Origin: Bugula neritina
Taxonomy: Eukaryota; Animalia; Bryozoa
Length of the DNA: 64,000 nucleotides
Assembly: GCA_964035545.1 (NCBI GenBank)
Contig: OZ037768.1
Span: forward strand, 8,340,741 to 8,404,740
Reading direction: 5' to 3'
Position numbers and translations under genes: made by a program. Below, piece by piece: positions 47,496 through 60,228 of the stretch; the first letter of the stretch is position 1, and every line of letters begins with the position of its first letter. Below the pieces are notes generated by a model, which had not been told where the DNA came from, did no database searches, and saw nothing but the letters and a program-made list of their open reading frames with translations.

Positions 47496-48270
47496 CTCAG
47501 GCCTCAGGTTGAGGCACACTATTTATATTGTTGCTTCCTTTATTGTTGTCATATGTTTATATAATTGAAATATGTTTTTTTTATTCTAAGACTTCAAAAA
47601 TAGTAGAAAGTATTATACCTTGCTGGGTATTACATTTACTATTAGCATTGTTATATTTTGATTTAGAACTTGAAAAAGTGTTGGGTTTTACTTAAAAACT
47701 GTAGTAAATCGCCAAAATTAAAGTGATTATAGACTGCATTAGGGGTAAAGAAGCCAAGTCTGACGCCCCCCCCCCTTGTTCATTTTTTGTGATAGTAAGA
47801 TTCGAGCTAATATTTAGTGAAAGCTTTCTGTTGGAATAAAGTCGAAGCAAGTTGAATTTAAAGTAGTAACAAAACAGGAGTAGCATTTAAATGCTGTATA
47901 TTTTATATCGCATACATGTCTATGTTTAGATGCCATCCACCAAAATCTGTTTTTGTTTGAGACCAATTATAAATTTATTTTTTATATATAGTTCAGTCTA
48001 ATATGCATAAAATATGCACAAAGTTAATTGATTAATTTATTGAATTTATTTCACATGAAGATGTGTCCATTACAAAAAGAGAGTCAAATACATCATTTTA
48101 TGGTATTATGTAAGGTTAAATAATATCTAAATAATACTCTTTTGGGCATTTTGTTTTCCCATGCTGTAAACTAGCAAAACCAAAATGGCAGAGTTCAATG
48201 TACCACTCACTACAAACTAATAGTGCTCGACAAATCACTGTTTGAGTTTAATTTACTCTATTGTATTTAG

Positions 48271-51200
48271 ATGCCCGAGTTTTACCAGTATCTGTCAGCC
48301 GCTCAGGAGCAGGAGCTTGCTAGCATTGCACAGCAGATAGTACAGCCCGGCAAAGGCATTCTCGCTGCAGACGAATCTACCGGTACAATTGGTAAACGGT
48401 TCGCTAACATCAATGTGGAGAATGTGGAGGAAAACAGGAGAGCTTACAGGTACAGTTAGCACATTACCTGCATGAAGTTATCGCTAGTAGGTTTATTTGA
48501 CTGTAAGTGATTACTCTTATGCTACGGCAGTGCATTTAAATGTGTGCCAAGGCTATGGTTATTCCAGTGCTACTTTCATGTGTATCTCAGGGGCTTTAAA
48601 GAAAGCACTGCTTTAATGCGTTCAGGTGAAACTAGGTCTATATTATGGCAAGCTGTCATTTTAAGAAATTACATATCACAATAAGCATGCAAATGTTTCA
48701 TTAAATCCTTTTATATATATCAATATTGGGTTGGTAGTTGAGCACAATGCGCTTCATCTCCCTATATTAGCCCTCTTTTATATTGATCATTGATAAAAGT
48801 AACTTCAGGGCACATTCAAAATGCTGGTACATCCTACTTGTTACAAGATATTGTCTAATAGACTAGAGTTCAGCATTACTAAAGAGAACACATGGGCCTT
48901 ACCTCCCTTATATAGCATTTAGTGTACAGGGACAAGCCTGTCTTCAACTTAAGCATAAAAAGCAAGAATTTTTCTGTATTTTGTAATCATGGTGGGGCTG
49001 TGTAAGCATGTGGAATACAGTTAAGACTAGCCTGTGTTCCACTAGTTTGACTTACAGTTCTTATTTGATATCAGTCTTTGGAGAGAAGGGAACACATATT
49101 TCTGAACTTTGCTGGTCTACAGTCTACTGCCTCTTATATAACATCAGCTACAATTCTCTCTCTCTTCCGTAGGCAACTGCTCTTCACTTCAGTTTGCAAT
49201 GACCGTAAGATTTCCGACCACATCTCTGGAGTTATCCTCTACCATGAGACCTTCTTCCAGAAAGCTGATGATGGCCAGTCTTTTGTTAATAAACTGAAAA
49301 ATATGGGAATAGTGCCGGGCATAAAGGTGACCAGTATTTCATATAGTATTAGTTACAGAGTTAGTCAAGAGTATTAGTTGCAGAGTTAGTCAAGAGCATT
49401 AGTTACAGAGTTAGTATTCTAGTACTCTATACTCACAGCATATCTATATATGTATGCAGGTCGACAAGGGAGTGGTGCCTCTGGCTGGAACAGATGATGA
49501 GTGTACTACTCAAGGACTCGATGGATTAGCGGAGAGATGTGCCGAGTATAAAAAGGAAGGGGCGGGGTTTGCCAAGTGGAGGTGTGTCTTGAAGGTAGGC
49601 TTCCTGCACTCGGCACTTGCCTTTGATACTGCAATTTTCCTCAGTTTGTTGAACCTGTGAAATGTGATTACCTGGTGAATTTGAAAGATTTTGGATAGTT
49701 TTTTTAGTCTTTTAAATCAGGTGGCTTGCATTTGTGTGAGCTTTAGAACAATTTGAGTTACAAATTCTTTTTTATGGTGAAATGTTACTCTCTAAACCCT
49801 CTGATGTTTATCATTGATCCTTGTTTGACTACCAGCTGCCTATCCTGTAGATCAAGTCCCACGGCCCCTCGCACCAAGCTATGATTGAGAACGCCAATGT
49901 GTTGGCTCGTTATGCTAGCATCTGCCAGCAGAACGGTCTGGTACCAATTGTGGAGCCAGAAGTTCTTCCTGATGGAGATCATGACTTGGAGACTGCTCGC
50001 CAGGTGGGTTTCAGTCACATGTACTAGAGGTAAACTCGGATATGCATATAGCAGAGTGATAGGTATTTAGTTGTTTTCTCATCGCTGCTGTCTCTATCAG
50101 ATAGTTTGACAGATGCAAATATTTCAAGAAGCAGTTTTTTAAATCATTGCCGTTCTATTTTCTCCAATATCGGTGTTAAATTATTGGTAATAGAAATTAA
50201 AATATTCCATTATTAGTTTAAATGTTATCCACTTTACAACTGCACTGCTGACAACTGAGTTATTCTTGCGTCCCCCCCCCCCCCCCCCCATATAACCAGC
50301 TAAGAGACTTGCCTTGGAAGATTTTTATTTATGCTTTTTAAAGTCATAATGAGTTTGCGTCTATTAAAGGGATGAGGTAGTGATTGAGTAGGAAGTTGAA
50401 CCAGGATGTATTGTCGGTTTCGCAATGTTGACAAGTGCATTCCAGTATACTGTATTCAGTTACTTCATAACAATAATAATCATAGCTAAAGCCTGCAGTA
50501 TGTGCAACTCTATAGTAAAAGTGATTTGATATGCTACCATGTCACAATAGTATGTCACAATACTATGTCACAATACTATGTCACAATACTATGTCACGAT
50601 ACTATGTCACAATGTAATTTCCTTTTTGGACAGTAAACACTAGCTTATAATGATATATTTTATGTAGATATACTTTTAAAATCTGCAGTGTAGGCTCTGA
50701 GGCTAGGCAATGTACAATTGATGCAATGTAATAAGTCACTGTGATGCTATAGTTAGATGGGTGTTAGGTACTGTGGGCCAAGATCCTGGAGTAAATAAAA
50801 GTGCATGTCATGTGGTTTGTGTATCGTATTAATTGTATTCATGTTGAATAGAAATACTCTCAATGTGCCCTGCAATGTCTCTTCATTGCAACACTAAAGT
50901 AGTGTTTGTACCACCATATAGCATTTACATCTAATATACTTACTCTGTAGGTATATCAATATACTAGTGTGTTAGTATACTTGCAGGTAACAGAACAGGT
51001 GCTATCCTATACCTACAAGGCATTGATGGAGCACCATGTTTTCCTTGAAGGTACTCTACTTAAACCTAACATGGTGACTGCTGGCCAGAGCTGCACTAAG
51101 TCCTACACGGCTAAGGACGTTGCTAAAGCCACTGTAACTGCTCTGCAAAGAACAGTGCCTGCAGCTGTACCTGGTATGTGAAAGTTGAAATTTTTTTCAG

Positions 51201-52797
51201 AATAGCTCTAGCATTGTAATGTAATGTTTCACTGAGGGGTGGGGGAGTCTGCTGTTAACTTTCTGACTGGGTTACATTGCATCATTATTACCGGGAATAG
51301 CTTTTTGTCGGCAAGAGATATCTAAATGAACCCTCATTATTGATTTATGGTAGTAATGACCAACTGATAGGTGAACTTTGAACAGCCTGTTATGAAAATT
51401 TATGAGGCTGTCAAAACTTGTGGTGTGTACTTTGAATTTTTATCTCGGTTTTCTAACCCTAGTTTGTTGCTATGGAAACTTAAGTGTAACCGGGTAGTCT
51501 GGTAGATATGACTTAGCTGGTAGTTATATTTAGACTAGTTATACTCAGATCATGAATGGATTTGTCTACTCACTATATCAACTCTTGAATAGTATTATTC
51601 AACTGCAGCTCCGACTATATGAGAGCTTACATTTTGTAACAACAAGACTGCTTTGGAACTGTAAAGAAGTCTTTGTACTGCTTTTTCTTGTTCATTATTA
51701 CTGGAAAAATTTTTGGTTGAGTTTTTGTGTGTTGATTGACCAAGCCAAGGCATTGCATTTAGTAGTACCAAGCTATAGTTGGTAAACTATTTACATGTGT
51801 TATGTTTTCATATGAAATGCCAAGCTTCAAGTTTTACATAATTTTCGTGTCCCTAATTTATCATAACTGAACTCTTCAGTAATGTATACATGTGTCACTG
51901 GAGTTGTGTGTACATGTGTCACTGGAGTTGTGTGCACAGGTGTCACTGGAGTTGTATGTACATGTGTCACGGGAGTTGTGTGTACATGTGTCACGGGAGT
52001 TGTGTGCACGTGTGTCACGGGAGTTGGGTGTACATGTGTCACGGGAGTTGTGTGTACATGTGTCACGGGAGTTGTGTGCACGTGTGTCACGGGAGTTGTA
52101 TGTACATGTGTCACGGGAGTTGTGTGTACATGTGTCACGGGAGTTGTGTGCACGTGTGTCACGGGAGTTGTGTTACTCTGAATGGCTGGCTCGCAGAGTT
52201 AAGTGGAGTTGCTGCTCTCTTCCAGGTGTCACATTCCTCTCTGGAGGTCAGTCAGAAGAGGATGCGTCACTCAACCTCTCCGCCATCAACCAGTTCCCCG
52301 GTAAAAAGCCTTGGGCCCTGACTTTCAGCTACGGTCGGGCCCTGCAAAGCTCCGTACTCAAGGCCTGGGCTGGCAAGAAAGAGAACATTTCATCAGGTAT
52401 TTACAGCTGCAGTTGGCCACCAAAGTCACTGCATATTCATTTATTTAGTGGAGATTAGACTCCAGTTTTTCTTTAAACATCCTCGAATTCTAGTCAAAAA
52501 CCAATTTAGACCTGAGCTTGTCTATCTGACAGCTGCAATAGTATTCGATATACAGTTTCGCTCCACTCAATGCCTGGAATCTATTCTATATCTTATACTG
52601 GACTATATTTGTTGTATACACTTTACTCTATGTTATACTCTATAAACCTCTAAGCTTGTATTTTGTCTTTCACAGCTCAGGCTGAGTTGTTGAACAGAGC
52701 AGAGGCTAATGGCAAGGCAGCTCTCGGAACATACGGAGGTGGAGTGAAGTCCTCCGCTGCCAGTGACAGCAACTTTGTGGCACAGCACGCCTACTAG
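48271..52797 (+). CDS. ALDO: Fructose-bisphosphate aldolase class I, copy 1, ~366 aa
   Basis: Exons: 48271-48449, 49173-49326, 49460-49594, 49851-50003, 50987-51173, 52226-52396, 52676-52797. Motifs [36 protein letters not shown] (Schiff-base Lys), [17 protein letters not shown], and a C-terminal Tyr (HAY*). Confidence 0.98.
50539..50613. repeat. 13-bp tandem repeat (atgtcacaatact)
   Basis: About 5-6 units visible in aldolase 1 intron 4. Confidence 0.9.
51882..52173. repeat. 24-bp minisatellite (tacatgtgtcacgggagttgtgtg), ~12 copies
   Basis: Directly visible in aldolase 1 intron 5; explains the HVHTTPVT and CVTGVVCT ORFs. Confidence 0.97.
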
Positions 52798-54475
52798 TTC
52801 CTCTCTTTCGGCTCCTTGTGCAGTGCTGCTATGTGTTATGTTTTCCTGTATTCGTTTTGTATGCAGTGTAGACACTTTATACTGTAATATCAACAAAGCT
52901 GAACATTCACATACTCTTATATATGCAGTCTCACAATATTAGTAGAATGGGTTAATAGCAGTGTGACTTTTATTATTATTGTTGTTGTAATTTAGCAAAC
53001 AATATTTATTTTTGTGAACAAGTTTTTATTCGTTTACAATGTCATGGGTTATTTTTGTGGGGTTGAGTTTCACTATTCATGCATATATTTTTTATAATGG
53101 TAAAATAGTATTTGCATGCTGGAAGCCATAATATGAAAACAATATAATATTGTCTGAATTTCCTAGCTTACTATTGAAGATTTCTTTTTAGTATCATCAA
53201 TTTTCTTTGGCTAAAGCTGCTTTTTACAATTTGAGCCGGCAGTTGTAGCCTAACTTCTGTAATCATCATGATGCACAAGCTAATATTTTCCTTTACTCAA
53301 ATGGTCTTGTTTGATCACTTACATAATTTTCAAGCAAAGAGCTATCTATCTACTCATAATGATACATAATTTTAAGCAAGAGCAGCTAAAAATGAACAAT
53401 TATTTCAGTGAGTAACACATAATAGTATTAATACTATAAAGCTTTTAACATTTTTAAGCCCAAATTGTTCTGTGGTATTAGATAGAAAACTGACAACTGC
53501 TGAGACTCTTCTCACATTAAACTATGCTATTATTAAAGATTAGCAGTGATATTAAACTTCTCCAGTACACTTGCTAAACTTCTTTTAGTTGAACATGGAG
53601 TTAGGTATTGAGATCTCAAGCTATCCTTGGGTAGCAATTTGTGAGCTCTTTCCTTTTAGAGGAATAAATCGGTGGCAAAGTTTATAAAATCCAACTTTGC
53701 TGAACTTTCCTTTGAATTTTTAGATTTGGTGTTGAGTTTGAGCATAGAATTTGGAGCCATTTTATTGGCTCATACTTTCTGCAATGTAGCTTTAACACGT
53801 ATAAAACATTTAGCAAATTTATTAGTTACTAAAAAAAGTTGCAATGCAACTTGCCTATTTTTCTTGAATATGGTGGGTGATGAAACAGCAATTCAAAAAT
53901 TTCAAGATTCACATATTTCAACTAAGATAATTGAGCAATGGAAAGTACGAGTATATTATTCTAGTTACTAGTACCATGGAGAAATTCAAAAATATTCTCA
54001 AATATATAATTAGTTTCAGGCATCATTTAACCTCGCATGACAATTCAAACGACACCTTTGCCCTTCTATAACAAAGATCTGGTTTTTATAAAAAATCAAA
54101 TGTCTGTAAAATAAGTAGATCTTTTAGTGAATAGTAATAAAAATACTAGGTTGGCATTTAAAAAACTTTAATACTGATAATCATTAAAGAACTGCTGTTT
54201 CGTTAGGCCCATGGTTGTAACATTACTCACCTATATGGCATATTATAAAATACATAGTGTGATACTATTTTATATAAGTTTTCAGGGAGAAATCTTCAAG
54301 AGAACATAACTTCTTTAACTACATTCTCCATCTGGAACATTATAGGCCTTTTTAACTTTTTACTGCTGTACCTGCTCGAACAATAACATGTCTAATAAAC
54401 CTTAATATTGAGCTTTCATAACACCAATATAGTTAGAAATAGGAAATATTATAAGGTATAAAAGCTTAGAATTGA

Positions 54476-54687
54476 AGAGCAGCTGTGGTCTGCGGGTTAG
54501 AATGTTTGGCTTAGTAAACACGGAGTCATGGGTTTTATCCCAGTAAAAGCCATTGGTAATTTTAGCACGAGCATTCAGTTATGATTGTTCTTGCACCCAT
54601 CTGAATAAATCCTTCACCCGATTTAACAAAACCTGATCAGGTATTTCTCACAGGGATAGTGATTATAAACTTTTGTGAGTTTTTTTT
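54476..54687 (+). mobile_element. tRNA-derived SINE (family 1), copy 4, between the aldolase genes
   Basis: Homologous head, body and tail; TSD taaaagcttagaattga / taaaagcttagaagtga. Confidence 0.85.
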
Positions 54688-55049
54688 GTAAAAGCTTAGA
54701 AGTGATACAAACAGTTGAACATCTAATGAGAAAAAAGAAATTTTGAGTATGTTTTATTGCTGATGTTTTGAAGAAGCAGGATGTATATTGCATGCAGGCT
54801 GCACATGTTGCCTACTGTATGTGTCATGTAGTGTACATCATGTGTTTTTGACCTCTCCGGGTTGGTAGGTTAACTTTTAATGACAAAATAGGGCCGCAAT
54901 GAGAAAATGTGTCTGTTTAGATTCAAGCTGTCACTTGGTTGTTGAATGCTGTCAGCTGACTACTGCAGGGTAGATTTAAGTAATTGAAAACTGTATCCTT
55001 CAAAAAGTAAGTATGGAATTTTGAGTAGCTTTTTTATGGGAAATAATGG

Positions 55050-55250
55050 AGGTAGGTGTAGTACCTAATGGAAAAATTGAGAAATTAAGCCTGTGTTATA
55101 GATTAGATATGTAGCAAAAAAGTTATGCTCTAACAAAAAATTTCAACTAGTGCTTTAAACCAAAGTTTATTCAGCAAATTAATGAATTTAGGCTATCTCA
55201 AGCTCTTCACTGCTGAACCTAAATGAAGTATTAGTCATTACTCCCTAGTT
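55050..55250. mobile_element. MITE-like dispersed repeat, copy 2
   Basis: Homologous to 10588-10778 (aaaaattgaga..aagcctg..attaga.atgtagca...taggctatctcaa...cctaaatg). Confidence 0.65.
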
Positions 55251-55873
55251 GTTACAGATCACTTCACTCAAATTCTTGTTTGCTAAACACTGAGTTAGTA
55301 TTGAATAGCAAAGAGTTGTGACTTCTTGTGTACATAATATAACATCATCACAGTCTACTTGTATACAGTCTAAGCCCATATTGTTTCTATGGTTATGGCT
55401 ACAATGGCCACTCATTGTTTAGACACATCAGCTTGTTAGTAAAATATTCACCTGCTTTAGCTACTGAAAGCTAGTATAGAATCAAGGTTAGCATGCAGCA
55501 CAGCAATACGTAACTGATAGAAGATTTCAGCTACTATATTTGAAACTAGAGCTAGTCCCTCTTACTGTGGTTTGTATATTTTGTTGAGTGCATATAATAT
55601 AAACCTGCATTACTATCTAGCTGTGGTAGAAAACTACTGAGTTAGAAGGTATAGTTTAATTGATTTTTCTATAACGCTATAACATGCAAAGTTAAATTTC
55701 AAATAGTTAAAAGGTGTAACTACTTCATATTCACTTAAATTGTTCAATTTTGTACAATATAACAGCCTTCATTCATTATGAAACATTTACGTACACATCT
55801 CATCTATATTTAAAATGTCTCATTCTGATGTAAGAATAAACTGTAACATTTCTTGTATTATACACATGTATAG

Positions 55874-58800
55874 ATGTCGTACACACAGTACACTGACAGT
55901 CAGACTCAACTCATGAGCATTGCTAAGGCAATCGTCTCCCCTGGAAAAGGGGTGCTGGCTGCTGATGAAATTAACGCGACAATGGAAAAGAGGTTTAGTG
56001 GTATTGGAGTTGAGAACACAGAAGAAAACCGTAAAGCCTACAGGTAAGATGTTGGCTCTTTTTCTTTCCATACATTAACTTTGTATTAATTTTGTGTCAA
56101 TACTCGCATTTGTATGATTAGTTCTACTCACTAAATTAGACCACATCTGGGATGGGTATATGCATAGTTTTGTGATGTAATCTTACAGCAGATTGGTTCT
56201 GAGGGCTCAGATATTGCAATATTTTGGCAGAAATAATTTGAAGCAATTTGAAGTGATCATTGATGTTTGATGATTTCGATTGATTAAATTTTACTTTGAA
56301 TTCCAGTTTCTTGCATTGCTTTATTTTTCTAATAATTTTAATACTTTGATTCAATTGTTATTTTCCTTTAGTTTGCTTTCCTCATCATGTCTATTCCACC
56401 ACTGCTATTAATTTAGCTCTGCATTTTGGTTCTTACTGAAATACCTACATTGTATAGTTAGTTTTACATTCGGTGCGGTGTGTTGTTATATTTTTAGAGG
56501 ACTCTTATTTTCGGCAACCAACAGTCAATACAGCTTATCAGAATATATATCAGGAGTTATACTCAATCACGAAACTTTCCACCAGAGCAATGGGGATGGA
56601 GTCAGTTTCATAGATGTACTTCAGAAGAATGGCATCATTCCTGGCATCAAAGTGAGTTCAGTGTAATATGAAGGCAGTCTAATAAAAAAGAACTATTGAT
56701 CTAATAATTATACACTGTTAGTCAACTCTTGCACAGCTGAATTTTAGAAGAAAAGCCATGTATCAATAAACAGAATGACAATATGTCAATTTCTTTTTTC
56801 TAAACTGTATAGCCTAAGCATGCATTTTTTCTTAGTAAGGAATTTCATGTTGTAATCTATGACTAAAGATTACAAATTTTGTAACTGTTAGCTAATGTTT
56901 GTAGTTGGATCAAGGAGTTACTCCTCTTGTTGGTACTAACGATGAGGTTATAGCTGAAGGACTAGATAGACTTAGCTCCAGGTGTTCAGAATACTATAAG
57001 CTAGGTGCAAGATTTGCAAAGTGGAGATGTGTGCTGAAGGTTAGGACTTTGCCAATCATCTTATTTGTCAAGTATTAGCTGTAGGCCTCTTTATTAAGTA
57101 AAAATTTAGAGTAAGCACCATTGATTAATTATTTGAAAAAGATATCCCTCTCTCTTTCTATGTATTCATTCATTAATAATCTTGGTAAGATAATTCTCTT
57201 GAGAACATACCATAGGGAACTACATCTAATTTTTTTAGTATTTTCTTTTAGTTTTAGCAAATGTACTTGTAATAGAAGAAGTTACCTTTCCTTGAAATAA
57301 ATCAACTTCCCCAATTCCCCTCCCCCCCCTTCCCCTCCCCATCGGCCATCACTAGTGCCAAATGAAAACTAGAAACAGAATTCTAAGGATATCCTCTGCG
57401 CTTCATTTAGTGTTTGTCATAAGGAAGCTGTTTTCCATAAGTTTAAACTGCAGTTACTTGCGTATTATACAAGACTGACAGAACAGAGCTTCATTTTTCA
57501 CCAGTTGAGATTATCAAGTGCTAACCTTTTCTACTATATCACACTTGCCTATTTCTGTTAAATAGATAATATAATAACTGCAGAAATTATCAGCTTGTTT
57601 TTTCAAGGCAAGTCTCTATAATATAGCTTATCAACTCAGTGCCATGTGGTTAAAACAGTCAGGATTTGTCAAACTTGTAATCTAAATGAAAGATAAATTC
57701 TGTTAAAGCACTATCTCTTTCAATCCACACTAATTTCTTGTCAATCATTTTATAATATATTTTTGTAACATGGGTGTGCCTTCAGATATCTGAGAATACT
57801 CCAAGCGAGTTGGCTATGAAAGAGAACGCCAATGTCTTAGCACGTTATGCTAGCATCTGCCAACAGAACGGTCTGGTGCCAATTGTGGAGCCAGAGGTTC
57901 TTCGAGACGGAGATCATGACTTGGAGAAAAATCAGAAAGTTGGTTTTTATTTTTTATTTTTACTTTAAAAGCTAAATTATGCTGCGGTTACAAATGGTTT
58001 CATGATGTAGAACTAGATGTATCACTCATACAGAATTATGTATTTATTAAGCTATCCTTTATAGGCTATCAGCTATAGTGTATCACCAAGTATAAAATAG
58101 AAGTTTTTCCTGCATGCATGATAGAATAAGCATTGGAACTATCAACTAGTTCTATAAGCTTGGAAATTTTTAAAATTTTGCTTGGTACTAAATGTCAAGT
58201 ATGTAAACAAGGTTAGGGTTGTCAACTATTCGGCCTAATACAGGCCTAATGGCTGATCTGCTAAATTATATAAACTGCCACCTAACATTTATTATCACTT
58301 GATCAAATTTCATTGTGGCCAACTTGACCATAACTTCAGCATTCATACAAGCTATTTGATATACAACCGAAAACTTTTGAAGGTTGTTTCTACTCAGCTA
58401 CTATTGTTGCTTAATGGAATTCCTATGGCTTTTCCCCTCTCTCTCCCCATGTTTCTGTGTAATAAATACTACACTATATTTGCTCGAGTACTGCAAACTT
58501 GCCTGTACATATTTCCATTTACTTGTTTGCGTATCAATATACTAGTATGTTAGTATACTTGCAGGTAACAGAACAGGTGCTATCCTATACCTACAAGGCA
58601 TTGATGGAACACCATGTTTTCCTTGAAGGTACTCTACTTAAACCTAACATGGTGACTGCTGGTCAGAGCTGCACTAAGTCCTACACGGCTAAGGACGTTG
58701 CTAAAGCCACTGTAACTGCTCTACAAAGAACAGTGCCTGCAGCTGTACCTGGTATGTGAAAAATAGCCAATCTATTATAAGAGTTTAATACAGGTAGTGA

Positions 58801-60228
58801 TGCAAGTAATGCATGAAAAACAAGGAATTATCAATTCCTAAAATAAACTTATGAGGTAAAAATATTACCTTAAATTCTTGAGTACCATTTTTACTCACTT
58901 TAGAACTGGTTTAAGAAATGATGTAATTCCAGCAAGCAATTTTTTTCCCAACTAACTGCTGCAGTATATAAAACTTTTACAACTTTCTTGCATCTGTCAA
59001 CAAGTTACTGGAAATTCAATGATTTCTAGAACAAATAGTACTAATGTTTAGCAAAATGAAATGTGCAATGACAAGTCAAAAACTTTTTATTAATTTTAAT
59101 AATTACATAATGCCTGATTTTTATACACGAAACTGCTTATCCACTTCTTCTCTAAGGCATAGTATTTCTTTCTGGTGGACAAAGTGAAGAGGAAGCAACT
59201 CTAAATCTCAACGCTATGAATCAATTAGAAATGGTTAAACCTTGGAGACTGTCTTTCAGCTTTGCAAGAGCTTTGCAAGCTTCAGCTCTAAAGGCGTGGC
59301 AAGGAAAGCCTTGTAATGCTACAGCAGGTAAATTTTAAACATCCACATTTTATTTGACAAACATTTTTATGCTGCTGTTCTGTACCTTCCAAAACATGGC
59401 TGCTTTCACACTTCTAATTTTTCACCTAGAATCAAAAACATTCAGTAAAATAGATGTTGTGCTTGTCAGCTTTAAGAATACTAATTCAGAAAATTATGGG
59501 CAGGCTGTCCTTATTCACTATACCATCAAACCTACCCTATTGATCAATTTAACACAACGAGGGGGGGGGGTTACAATTAAAATTATTTGTTGTTATGAAA
59601 TAATAGAGCTAGATGAAGTGTTAAACTTAATTTGTGAAAACACACCATAAATAATAAGTTAAATATAATATTATGTGAAAACAACTTTTTTTTATAGCAG
59701 GAAATCCCAAAGCAGACTTTTGAAAATGACTGTTAAAATGTTGAGAACCAAACTGCTACAAATGATAATGAGTTTTATTGTGATCAATTTTGTTTTTAGT
59801 CTTTAACCTGTGTTTGTAGTTGTAGTTTTTTCTACACAAATGAGTTTGTATTTATAGGGCTTAGATTGTATGTATTAAAAATCAACTGTCAGCTTAGCTT
59901 TTAATAAACTTGTTATTATTTTGACCAAAAAGTAAAAGTATGTTGTTTAAATTACTTTTAAGATTTTCTAATCATAATTTACTGTCATTGTTTTTGTTAT
60001 TATAATGTTTATCATCATTATTAATGAGAATCACAAACACTTATAGAAAATGTTGCTTTCATCAATTATTGTGAATAATCAATCGATTAGTAATCCTTTG
60101 CAGCACAAGCTGAGCTACTTAAGAGGTCTTATGCTAATGGCATGGCTACTCAAGGGAAATATGAAGAGAATAGTGTGTCAACTTCTGCAAATACTGATGA
60201 CAACTTTGTTGCCCAACACGTGTATTAA
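55874..60228 (+). CDS. ALDO: Fructose-bisphosphate aldolase class I, copy 2 (divergent), ~364 aa
   Basis: Exons: 55874-56043, 56498-56651, 56905-57039, 57786-57938, 58565-58751, 59157-59327, 60104-60228. Same intron positions as copy 1, frame open throughout. Motifs [56 protein letters not shown]. Confidence 0.95.

Noticed and set aside
50271-50289. Poly-C/G tracts (also ~3161, 47765, 57316, 59562) as G-quadruplex regulators
   Set aside because: Simple homopolymer runs with no consistent positional pattern; no support for function.
51827-52321. Repeat-protein ORFs ([16 protein letters not shown]) resembling metal-binding peptides or a CRISPR-like array
   Set aside because: A 24-bp head-to-tail minisatellite with no unique spacers, inside an aldolase intron of a eukaryote.
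55874-60228. Aldolase copy 2 as a pseudogene or assembly duplicate
   Set aside because: All seven exons splice in frame with catalytic residues retained, and most exons are highly diverged from copy 1, so it is neither a pseudogene nor a haplotig duplicate.
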